Origin: Eledone cirrhosa
Lineage: Eukaryota
Assembly: GCA_964016885.1 (NCBI GenBank)
Contig: CAXHJY010000491.1
Location: forward strand, 1-64,000
Direction: 5' to 3'
DNA: 64,000 bases
Made by a program: the position numbers and the translations under genes
Notes under the pieces: model-generated
Told to the model about the DNA's origin: nothing
Seen by the model: the letters and a program-made list of their open reading frames with translations, nothing else
Databases searched by the model: none
Shown: piece after piece, positions 50,801-64,000 of the stretch
Layout of the letters: each line of letters starts with the position of its first letter
How positions within the stretch are numbered: position 1 is the first letter of the stretch

Positions 50801-53800
50801 CTAACTACTGAGATGGTTACAACACTATAGCAAGTACTGAGACTGTTACAACACTATAGCAAGTACTGAGACTGTTACAACAATATAGCAATTACTGAGG
50901 CTCTTACAACACTATAGCAAGTACTGGGACTGATACAACACTATAACAAGTACTGGAACTGTTACAACACTATAGCAAGTACTGGGACTGTTACAACACT
51001 ATAGCAAGTACTGGGACTGTTACAACACTATAGCAAGTACTGAGACTGTTACAACACTATAGCAAGTACTGACTACTGAGACTGTTACAACACTATTGCA
51101 AGTACTGAGACTGTTACAATACTATAGCAAGTACTGAGACTGTTACAACATTATAGCAAGTACTGAAACTCTTACAACACTATAGCAAGTACTGGGACTG
51201 TTACAACACTATAGCAAGTAGTGAGACTGTTACAACACTATAGCAAGTACTGAGACTGTTACAACACTATAGCAAGTACTGAGACTCTTACAACACTGTA
51301 GCAAGTACTGAGACTCTTACAACACTATAGCAAGTACTGAGACTGTTACAACACTATAGCAAGTACTGAGACTGTTACAACACTATAGCAAGTACTGAGA
51401 CTGTTACAACACTATAGCAAGTACTGGGACTGTTACAACACTATAGCAAGTACTGAGACTGTTACAACACTATAGCAAGTACTGACTACTGAGACTGTTA
51501 CAACACTATAGCAAGTACTGGGACTGTTACAACACTATAGCAAGTACTGAGACTGTTACAACAATATAGCAAGTACTGACTACTGAGACTGTTACAACAT
51601 TACAGCAAGTACTGAGACTGTTACAACACTATAGCAAGTACTGAGACTATTACAACAATATAGCAAGTACTGAGACTGTTTCAACACTATAGCATTTACT
51701 GAGACTGTTACAACACTATAGCAAGTACTGAGACTGTTACAGCACTATATCAAGTAGTGAGACTGTTACAACACTATAGCAAGTACTGAGACTGTTACAG
51801 CACTATTGCAAGTACTGAGACTGTTACAACACTATAGCAAGTACTGAGACTGTTACAACACTATTGCAAGTACTGAGACTGTTACAACACTATAGCATGT
51901 ACTGAGACTGTTACAACACTATAGTAAGTACTGAGACTGTTACAACACTATAGCAAGTACTGAGACTGTTACAACACTATAGCAATTACTGAGACTGTTA
52001 CAGCACTATAGCAAGTACAGAGATCCTTACCGCACTATAGCAAGTCATGAGACTGTTACAACAATATAGCAAGTACTGAGAGTGTTACAACACTATATCA
52101 AGTACTGAGACTGTTACAACACTATAGCAAGTACTGAGACTGTTACAACAATATAGCAATTACTGAGACTGTTACAACATTATAGCAAGTACTGGGACTG
52201 TTACAACACTATAACAAGTACTGGGACTATTGCAACACTATAGCAAGTACTGAGACTGTTACAACAATATAGCAAGTACTGAGACTGTTACAACATTACA
52301 GCAAGTACTGAGACTGTTACATTACTATAGCAAGTACTGAGACTATTACAACACTATAGCAAGTACTGAGACTCTTTCAACACTATAGCAATTACTGAGA
52401 CTGTTACAACACAATAGCAAGTACTGAGACTGTTACAGCACTATAGCAAGTACTGAGACTGTTACAGCACTATTGCAAGTACTGAGACTGTTACAGCACT
52501 ATTGCAAGTACTGAGACTGTTACAACACTATAGCAAGTACTGAGACTGTTACAACACTATAGCAAGTACTGAGACTGTTACAACATTATAGCATGTACTG
52601 AGACTGTTACAACATTATAGCAAGTACTGAGACTGTTACAGCACTATAGCAAGTGCTGAGACTGTTACGACACTATAGCAAGTATTGAGACTGTTACAAC
52701 ATTATAGCAAGTACTGAGACTGTTACAGCACTATAGCAAGTACTGAGACTGTTACAGCACTATTGCAAGTACTGAGACTGTTACAACAATATAGCAAGTA
52801 CTAAATACTGAGACTGTTACAACACTATAGCAAGTACTGAGACTGTTACATCACTATAGCAAGTACTGAGACTGTTACAACACTAGAGCAAGTACTGAGA
52901 CTGTTACAACACTATAGCAAGTACTGAGACTGTTACAACACTATATCAAGTACTGAGACTGTTACAACTCTATAGCAAGTACTGAGACTGGTACAACACT
53001 ATAGCAAGTACTGAGACTGTTACAGCACTATATCAAGTACTGAGACTGTTACAACACTATAGCAAGTACTGAGACTGTTACAACACTATAGCAAGTACTG
53101 AGACTGTTACAGCACTATAGCAAGTACTGAGACTGGTTCACCAATATAGCAAGTACTGAGACTGTTACAACAATATAGCAAGTACTGAGACTGTTACAAC
53201 AATATAGCAAGTACTGACTACTGAGACTGTTACAACACTATAGGAAGTACTGAGACTGTTAAAACACTATAGCAAGTACTGAGACTGTGACAACAATATA
53301 GCAAGTACTGAGACTGTTACAACACTATATCAAGTAGTGAGACTGTTACAACACCATAGCAAGTACTGAGACTGTTACAACACTATAGCAAGTACTGAGA
53401 CTGTTACAGCACTGTATCAAGTACTGAGACTGTTACAACACTATAGCAAGTACTGAGACTCTTACAACACTATAGCAAGTACTGAGACTGTTACAGCACT
53501 ATAGCAAGTACTGAGACTGTTACAGCACTATAGAAAGTACTGAGTCTGTTACAACACTATTGCAAGTTCTGAGACTGTTACAACACTATAACAAGTACTG
53601 AGACTGTTACAACACTATAGCAAGTACTGACTACTGAGATTGTTACAACACTATAGCAAGTACTGAGACTGTTACAGCACTATAGCATGTACTGAGACTG
53701 TTACAACAATATAGCAGGTACTGAGACAGCTAAAACACTATAGCAAGTACTGAGACTGTTACAACACTATAGCAAGTACTGAGACTGTTTCAACACTATA

Positions 53801-56800
53801 GCAATTACTGAGACTGTTACAACACTATAGCAAGTACTGAGACTGTTACAGCACTATAGCAAGTACTGAGACTGTTACAACACTATAGCAAGTACTGAGA
53901 CTGTTACAACACTATAGCAAGTACTGAGACTGTTACAACACTATAGCAAGTACTGAGACTGTTACAACACTATAGCAATTACTGAGACTGTTACAGCACT
54001 ATAGCAAGTACTGAGATCCTTACCGCACTATAGCAAGTCATAAGACTGTTACAACACTATAGAATGTACTGAGACTGTTACAACACTATAGCAATTACTG
54101 AGACTGTTACAGCACTATAGCAAGTACTGAGATCCTTACCGCACTATAGCAAGTCATAAGACTGTTACAACACTATAGAATGTACTGAGACTGTTACAAC
54201 ACTATAGCAAGTACTGAGACTGTTACAACACTATAGCAAGTACTAACTACTGAGATTGTTACAACACTATAGCAAGTACTGAGACTGTTACAACACTATA
54301 GCAAGTACTGAGACTGTTACAACAATATAGCAATTACTGAGACTGTTACAGCACTATAGCAATTACTGAAACTGTTACAGCACTGTAGCAAGTACTGAGA
54401 CTGTTACGACACTTTAGCAAGTATTGAGACTGTTACAACACTATAGCAAGTACTGACTACTGAGATTGTTACAACACTATAGCAAGTACTGAGACTGTTA
54501 CAACACTATAGCAAGTACTGACTACTGAGATTGTTACAACACTATAGCAAACACTGAGACTGTTACAACACTATAGCAAGTACTGACTACTGAGATTGTT
54601 ACAACACTATAGCAAACACTGAGACTGTTACAACACTATAGCAAGTACTGAGACTGTTACAGCACTATAGCAAGTACTGAGACTGTTACACCAATATAGC
54701 AAGTACTGAGATTGTTACAATAATATAGCAAGTACTGAGACTGTTACAACAATATAGCAAGTACTGACTACTGAGACTGTTACAACATTATAGCAACTAC
54801 TGAGACTGTTACAGCACTATAGCAAGTACTGAGACTGTTACAGCACTATTGCAAGTACTGAGACTGTTACAACAATATAGCAAGTACTAAATACTGAGAC
54901 TGTTACAACACTATAGCAAGTACTGAGACTGTTACATCACTATAGCAAGTACAGAGACTGTTACAACACTAGAGCAAGTACTGAGACTGTTACAACACTA
55001 TAGCAAGTACTGAGACTGTTACAACACTATATCAAGTACTGAGATTGTTACAACACTATAGCAAGTACTGAGACTGTTACAACACTATAGCAAGTACTTA
55101 GACTGTTACAACACTATATCAAGTACTGAGACTGTTACAACACTATAGCAAGTACTGAGACTGTTACAACACTATAGCAAGTACTGAGACTGTTACAGCA
55201 CTATAGCAAGTACTGAGACTGGTTCACCAATATAGCAAGTACTCAGACTGTTACAACAATATAGCAAGTACTGAGACTGTTACAACAATATAGCAAGTAC
55301 TGACTACTGAGACTGTAACAACACTATAGCAAGTACTGAGACTGTTAAAACACTATAGCAAGTACTGAGACTGTGACAACAATATAGCAAGTACTGAGAC
55401 TGTTACAACACTATATCAAGTAGTGAGACTGTTACAACACCATAGCAAGTACTGAGACTGTTACAACACTATAGCAAGTACTGAGACTGTTACAGCACTG
55501 TATCAAGTACTGAGACTGTTACAACACTATAGCAAGTACTGAGACTCTTACAACACTATAGCAAGTACTGAGACTGTTACAGCACTATAGCAAGTACTGA
55601 GACTGTTACAGCACTATAGAAAGTACTGAGTCTGTTACAACACTATTGCAAGTTCTGAGACTGTTACAACACTATAACAAGTACTGAGACTGTTACAACA
55701 CTATAGCAAGTACTGAGACAGTTACAGCACGATAGCAAGTACTGAGACTGTTACAGCACTATAGTAAGTACTGAGACTGTTACAACACTATAGCAAGTAC
55801 TGAGACTGTTACAACACTATAGCAAGTACTGACTACTGAGATTGTTACAACACTATAGCAAGTACTGAGACTGTTACAGCACTATAGCAAGTACTGAGAC
55901 TGTTACAGCACTATTGCAAGTACTGAGACTGTTACAACACTATAGCAAGTACTGAGACTGTTACAACACTATTGCAAGTACTGAGTCTGTTACAACACTA
56001 TAGCAAGTACTGAGACTGTTACAACACTATAGCAAGTACTGAGACTGTTACAACACTATAGCAAGTACTGAGACTGTTACAACACTATAACAATTACTGA
56101 GACTGTTACAGCACTATAGCAAGTACTGAGATCCTTACCGCACTATAGCATGTCATATGACTCTTACAACACTATAGCATGTACTGAGACTGTTACAACA
56201 CTATAGCAATTACTGAGACTGTTACAACACTATAGCAAGTACTAACTACTGAGAATGTTACAACACTATAGCAAGTACTGAGACTGTTACAACACTATAG
56301 CAAGTACTGAGACTGTTACAACAATATAGCAATTACTGAGACTGTTACAGCACTATAGCAAGTACTGAAACTGTTACAGCACTATAGCAAGTACTGAGAC
56401 TGTTACGACACTATAGCAAGTATTGAGACTGTTACAACACTATAGCAAGTACTGACTACTGAGATTGTTACAACACTATAGCAAGTACTGAGACTGTTAC
56501 AACACTATAGCAAGTACTGACTACTGAGATTGTTACAACACTATAGCAAACACTGAGACTGTTACAACACTATAGCAAGTACTGAGACTGTTACAGCACT
56601 ATAGCAAGTACTGAGACTGTTACACCAATATAGCAAGTACTGAGATTGTTACAATAATATAGCAAGTACTGAGACTGTTACAACAGTATAGCAAGTACTG
56701 ACTACTGAGACTGTTACAACATTATAGCAAGTACTGAGACTGTTACAGCACTATAGCAAGTACTGAGACTGTTACAGCACTATTGCAAGTACTGAGAATG

Positions 56801-59800
56801 TTACAACAATATAGCAAGTACTAAATACTGAGACTGTTACAACACTATAGCAAGTACTGAGACTGTTACATCACTATAGCAAGTACTGAGACTGTTTCAA
56901 CACTAGAGCAAGTACTGAGACTGTTACAACACTATAGCAAGTACTGAGACTGTTACAACACTATATCAAGTACTGAGACTGTTACAACACTATAGCAAGT
57001 ACTGAGACTGTTACAACACTATAGCAAGTACTGAGACTGTTACAACACTATATCAAGTACTGAGACTGTTACAACACTATAGCAAGTACTGAGACTGTTA
57101 CAACACTATAGCAAGTACTGAGACTGTTACAGCACTATAGCAAGTACTGAGACTGGTTCACCAATATAGCAAGTACTCAGACTGTTACAACAATATAGCA
57201 AGTACTGAGACTGTTACAACAATATAGCAAGTACTGACTACTGAGACTGTAACAACACTATAGCAAGTACTGAGACTGTTAAAACACTATATCAAGTAGT
57301 GAGACTGTTACAACACCATAGCAAGTAATGAGACTGTTACAACACTATAGCAAGTACTGAGACTGTTACAGCACTGTATCAAGTACTGAGACTGTTACAA
57401 CACTATAGCAAGTACTGAGACTCTTACAACACTATAGCAAGTACTGAGACTGTTACAGCACTATAGCAAGTACTGAGACTGTTACAGCACTATAGAAAGT
57501 ACTGAGTCTGTTACAACACTATTGCAAGTTCTGAGACTGTTACAACACTATAACAAGTACTGAGACTGTTACAACACTATAGCAAGTACTGAGACAGTTA
57601 CAGCACTATAGTAAGTACTGAGACTGTTACAACACTATAGCAAGTACTGAGACTGTTACAACACTATAGCAAGTACTGACTACTGAGATTGTTACAACAC
57701 TATAGCAAGTACTGAGACTGTTACAGCACTATAGCATGTACTGAGACTGTTACAACAATATAGCAGGTACTGAGACAGCTAAAACACTATAGCAAGTACT
57801 GAGACTGTTACAACACTATAGCAAGTACTGAGACTGTTTCAACACTATAGCAATTACTGAGACTGTTACAACACTATAGCAAGTACTGAGACTGTTACAG
57901 CACTATAGCAAGTACTGAGACTGTTACAGCACTATTGCAAGTACTGAGACTGTTACAACACTATAGCAAGTACTGAGACTGTTACAACACTATTGCAAGT
58001 ACTGAGACTGTTACAACACTATAGCAAGTACTGAGACTGTTACAACACTATAGCAAGTACTGAGACTGTTACAACACTATAGCAAGTACTGAGACTGTTA
58101 CAACACTATAGCAATTACTGAGACTGTTACAGCACTATAGCAAGTACTGAGATCCTTACCGCACTATAGCAAGTCATAAGACTGTTACAACACTATAGCA
58201 TGTACTGAGACTGTTACAACACTATAGCAAGTACTGAGACTGTTACAACACTATAGCAAGTACTAACTACTGAGATTGTTACAACACTATAGCAAGTACT
58301 GAGACTGTTACAACACTATAGCAAGTACTGAGACTGTTACAACAATATAGCAATTACTGAGACTGTTACAGCACTATAGCAAGTACTGAAACTGTTACAG
58401 CACTATAGCAACTACTGAGACTGTTACGACACTATAGCAAGTATTGAGACTGTTACAACACTATAGCAAGTACTGACTACTGAGATTGTTACAACACTAT
58501 AGCAAGTACTGAGACTGTTACAACACTATAGCAAGTACTGACTACTGAGATTGTTACAACACTATAGCAAACACTGAGACTGTTACAACACTATAGCAAG
58601 TACTGAGACTTTTACAGCACTATAGCAAGTACTGAGACTGTTACACCAATATAGCAAGTACTGAGACTGTTACAACAATATAGCAAGTACTGACTACTGA
58701 GGCGGTTACAACACTATAGCAAGTACTGAGACTGTTACCGCACTATTGCAAGTACTGAGACTGTTACAACAATATAGCAAGTACTAAATACTGAGACTGT
58801 TACAACACTATAGCAAGTACTGAGACTGTTACATCACTATAGCAAGTACTGAGACTGTTACAACACTAGAGCAAGTACTGAGACTGTAACAACACTATAG
58901 CAAGTACTGAGACTGTTACAACACTATATCAAGTACTGAGACTGTTACAACACTATAGCAAGTACTGAGACTGTTACAACACTATAGCAAGTACTGAGAC
59001 TGTTACAACTCTATATCAAGTACTGAGACTGTTACAACACTATAGCAAGTACTGAAACTGTTACAACACTATAGCAAGTACTGAGACTGTTACAGCACTA
59101 TAGCAAGTACTGACTACTGAGACTGTTACAACACTATAGCAAGTACTGAGACTGTTAAAACACTATAGCAAGTACTGAGACTGTGACAACAATATAGCAA
59201 GTACTGAGACTGTTACAACACTATTGCAAGTACTGAGACTGTTACAACACTATATCAAGTAGTGAGACTGTTACAAGACTATAGCAAGTCCTGAGACTGT
59301 TACAACACTATAGCAAGTACTGAGACTCTTACAACACTATAGCAAGTACTGAGACTGTTACAGCACTATAGCAAGTACTGAGACTGTTACATCACTAAAG
59401 AAAGTACTGAGTCTGTTACAACACTATTGCAAGTTCTGAGGCTGTTACAACACTATAACAAGTACTGAGACTGTTACAACACTATAGCAAGTACTGAGAC
59501 AGTTACAGCACGATAGCAAGTACTGAGACTGTTACAGCACTATAGTAAGTACTGAGACTGTTACAACACTATAGCAAGTAATGAGACTGTTACAACACTA
59601 TAGCAAGTACTGACTACTGAGATTGTTAAAACACTATAGCAAGTACTGAGACTGTTACAACACTATAGCAAGTACTGACTACTGAGATTGTTACAACACT
59701 ATAGCAAGTACTGAGACTGTTACAGCACTATAGCATGTACTGAGACTGTTACAACAATATAGCAGGTACTGAGACAGCTAAGACACTATAGCAAGTACTG

Positions 59801-62800
59801 AGACTGTTACAACACTATAGCAAGTACTGAGACTGTTTCAACACTATAGCAATTACTGAGACTGTTACAACACTATACCAAGTACTGAGACTGTTACAGC
59901 ACTATAGCAAGTACTGAGACTGTTACAGCACTATTGCAAGTACTGAGACTGTTACAACACTATAGCAAGTACTGAGACTGTTACAACACTATTGCAAGTA
60001 CTGAGACTGTTACAACACTATAGCAAGTACTGAGACTGTTACAACACTATAGCAAGTACTGAGACTATTACAACACTATAGCAAGTACTGAGACTGTTAC
60101 AACACTATACCAATTACTGAGACTGTTACAGCACTATAGCAAGTACTGAGATCCTTACCGCACTATAGCAAGTCATAAGACTGTTACAACCCTATAGCAA
60201 GTACTGAGACTGTTACAACACTATAGCAAGTACTGAGACTGTTACAACACTATAGCAAGTACTAACTACTGAGATTGTTACAACACTATAGCAAGTACTG
60301 AGACTGTTACAACACTATAGCAAGTACTGAGACTGTTACAACAATATAGCAATTAATGAGACTGTTACAACACTATAACAAGTACTGAGACTGTTACAAC
60401 ACTATATTAAGTACTGAGACAGTTACAGCACGATACCAAGTACTGAGACTGTTACAGCACTATAGTAAATACTGAGACTGTTACAACACTATAGCAAGTA
60501 ATGAGACTGTTACAACACTATAGCAAGTACTGACTACTGAGATTGTTACAACACTATAGCAAGTACTGAGACTGTTACAACACTATAGCAAGTACTCAGA
60601 CTGTTACAACAATATAGCAAGTACTGAGACTGTTACAACAATATAGCAAGTACTGACTACTGAGACTGTAACAACACTATAGCAAGTACTGAGACTGTTA
60701 AAACACTATAGCAAGTACTGAGACTGTGACAACAATATAGCAGGTACTGAGACTGTTACAACACTATATCAAGTAGTGAGACTGTTACAACACCATAGCA
60801 AGTACTGAGACTGTTACAACACTATAGCAAGTACTGAGACTGTTACAGCACTGTATCAAGTACTGAGACTGTTACAACACTATAGCAAGTACTGAGACTC
60901 TTACAACACTATAGCAAGTACTGAGACTGTTACAGCACTATAGCAAGTACTGAGACTGTTACAGCACTATAGAAAGTACTGAGTCTGTTACAACACTATT
61001 GCAAGTTCTGAGACTGTTACAACACTATAACAAGTACTGAGACTGTTACAACACTATAGCAAGTACTGAGACAGTTACAGCACGATAGCAAGTACTGAGA
61101 CTGTTACAGCACTATGGTAAGTACTGAGACTGTTACAACACTATAGCAAGTACTGAGACTGTTACAACACTATAGCAAGTACTGACTACTGAGATTGTTA
61201 CAACACTATAGCAAGTACCGAGACTGTTACAGCACTATATCATGTACTGAGACTGTTACAACAATATAGCAGGTACTGAGACAGCTAAAACACTATAGCA
61301 AGTACTGAGACTGTTACAACACTATAGCAAGTACTGAGACTGTTTCAACACTATAGCAATTACTGAGACTGTTACAACACTATAGCAAGTACTGAGACTG
61401 TTACAGCACTATAGCAAGTACTGAGACTGTTACAGCACTATTGCAAGTACTGAGACTGTTACAACACTATAGCAAGTACTGAGACTGTTACAACACTATT
61501 GCAAGTACTGAGACTGCTACAACACTATAGCAAGTACTGAGACTGTTACAACACTATTGCAAGTACTGAGACTGCTACAACACTATAGCATGTACTGAGA
61601 CTGTTACAACACTATTGCAAGTACTGAGACTATTACAACACTATAGCAAGTACTGAGACTGTTACAACACTATAGCAAGTACTGAGACTGTTACAACACT
61701 ATAGCAAGTACTGAGACTGTTACAACACTATAGCAATTACTGAGACTGTTACAGCACTATAGCAAGTACTGAGATCCTTACCGCACTATAGCAAGTCATA
61801 AGACTGTTACAACACTATAGCATGTACTGAGACTGTTACAACACTATAGCATGTACTGAGACTGTTACAACACTATAGCAAGTACTGAGACTGTTACAAT
61901 ACTATAGCAAGTACTAACTACTGAGATTGTTACAACACTATAGCAAGTACTGAGACTGTTACAACACTATAGCAAGTACTGAGACTGTTACAACAATATA
62001 GCAATTACTGAGACTGTTACAGCACTCTAGCAAGTACTGAAACTGTTACAGCACTATAGCAAGTACTGAGACTGTTACGACACTATAGCAAGTATTGAGA
62101 CTGTTACAACACTATAGCAAGTACTGACTACTGAGATTGTTACAACACTATAGCAAGTACTGAGACTGTTACAACACTATAGCAAGTACTGACTACTGAG
62201 ATTGTTACAACACTATAGCAAACACTGAGACTGTTACAACACTATAGCAAGTACTGAGACTGTTACAGCACTATAGCAAGTACTGAGACTGTTACACCAA
62301 TATAGCAAGTACTGAGATTGTTACAATAATATAGCAAGTACTGAGACTGTTACAACAATATAGCAAGTACTGACTACTGAGGCGGTTACAACACTATAGC
62401 AAGTACTGAGACTGTTACCGCACTATTGCAAGTACTGAGACTGTTACAACAATATAGCAAGTACTAAATACTGAGACTGTTACAACACTATAGCAAGTAC
62501 TGAGACTGTTACATCACTATAGCAAGTACTGAGACTGTTACAACACTAGAGCAAGTACTGAGACTGTTACAACACTATAGCAAGTACTGAGACTGTTACA
62601 ACACTATATCAAGTACTGAGACTGTTACAACACTATAGAAAGTACTGAGACTGTTACAACACTATAGCAAGTACTGAGACTGTTACAACTCTATATCAAG
62701 TACTGAGACTGTTACAACACTATAGCAAGTACTGAAACTGTTACAACACTATAGCAAGTACTGAGACTGTTACAGCACTATAGCAAGTACTGACTACTGA

Positions 62801-64000
62801 GACTGTTACAACACTATAGCAAGTACTGAGACTGTTAAAACACTATAGCAAGTACTGAGACTGTGACAACAATATAGCAAGTACTGAGACTGTTACAACA
62901 CTATTGCAAGTACTGAGACTGTTACAACACTATATCAAGTAGTGAGACTGTTACAACACTATAGCAAGTCCTGGGACTGTTACAACACTATAGCAAGTAC
63001 TGAGACTGTTACAGCACTGTATCATGTACTGAGACTGTTACAACACTATAGCAAGTACTGAGACTCTTACAACACTATAGCAAGTACTGAGACTGTTACA
63101 GCACTATAGCAAGTACTGAGACTGTTACATCACTATAGAAAGTACTGAGTCTGTTACAACACTATTGCAAGTTCTGAGGCTGTTACAACACTATAACAAG
63201 TACTGAGACTGTTACAACACTATAGCAAGTACTGAGACAGTTACAGCACGATAGCAAGTACTGAGACTGTTACAGCACTATAGTAAGTACTGAGACTGTT
63301 ACAACACTATAGCAAGTAATGAGACTGTTACAACACTATAGCAAGTACTGACTACTGAGATTGTTAAAACACTATAGCAAGTACTGAGACTGTTACAACA
63401 CTATAGCAAGTACTGACTACTGAGATTGTTACAACACTATAGCAAGTACTGAGACTGTTACAGCACTATAGCATGTACTGAGACTGTTACAACAATATAG
63501 CAGGTACTGAGACAGCTAAGACACTATATCAAGTAGTGAGACTGTTACAACACTATAGCAAGTACTGAGACTGTTACAGCACTATTGCAAGTACTGAGAC
63601 TGTTACAACACTATAGCAAGTACTGAGACTGTTACAACACTATTGCAAGTACTGAGACTGTTACAACACTATAGCAAGTACTGAGACTGTTACAACACTA
63701 TAGCAAGTACTGAGACTGTTACAACACTATAGCAAGTACTGAGACTGTTACAACACTATAGCAATTACTGAGACTGTTACAGCACTATAGCAAGTACTGA
63801 GATCCTTACCGCACTATAGCAAGTCATGAGACTGTTACAACAATATAGCAAGTACTGAGAGTGTTACAACACTATAGCAAGTACTGAGACTGTTACAACA
63901 CTATAGCAAGTACTAACTACTGAGATTGTTACAACACTATATCAAGTACTGAGACTGTTACAACACTATAGCAAGTACTGAGACTGTTACAACAATATAG
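17801..64000 (+). repeat. 29-bp satellite DNA array (GAGACTGTTACAACACTATAGCAAGTACT), at least 46.2 kb, running off the window end
   Basis: Head-to-tail 29-mers, about 1,500-1,600 by length, with interspersed 36-bp variants carrying a 7-nt duplication (GACTACT). I saw no inserted foreign sequence or orientation switch. The monomer has stop codons on both strands, and the ORF track shows nothing here. Confidence 0.99.

Noticed and set aside
17801-64000. CRISPR array (29-36-bp repeats)
   Set aside because: Repeats are head-to-tail with no unique spacers, there are no cas genes, and the context is eukaryotic.
17801-64000. Repetitive protein-coding sequence
   Set aside because: The monomer carries TGA/TAG on + and TAG/TAA on -, and 29 is not a multiple of 3, so every frame closes within about three monomers.

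Overview
This is AT-rich, microsatellite-dense eukaryotic DNA, most likely from an invertebrate animal (inference from its TE and microsatellite content). I found no host gene that I can support. Bases 1-17.8 kb are a nest of decayed mobile elements. They include two different Penelope-like retroelements (PLEs; RT plus C-terminal GIY-YIG endonuclease) sitting against (TA)n tracts, one of them with an ~870-bp inverted pseudo-LTR. There are also three readable type I hammerhead ribozyme motifs from two families, a short RTE-derived element with a possible HDV-like ribozyme remnant, a degenerate RTE LINE, a Tc1/mariner fragment and a 38-bp minisatellite. Bases 17,801-64,000 are one uninterrupted array of a 29-bp satellite (GAGACTGTTACAACACTATAGCAAGTACT). 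It has layered variant domains and nested duplications at 65 bp, ~1.8, 1.9, 3.7, 4.9-5.0 and possibly 16.45 kb. The 29-mer aligns with the upstream 38-mer at 22 of 29 positions. All calls were made by eye; no database search or folding program was run.
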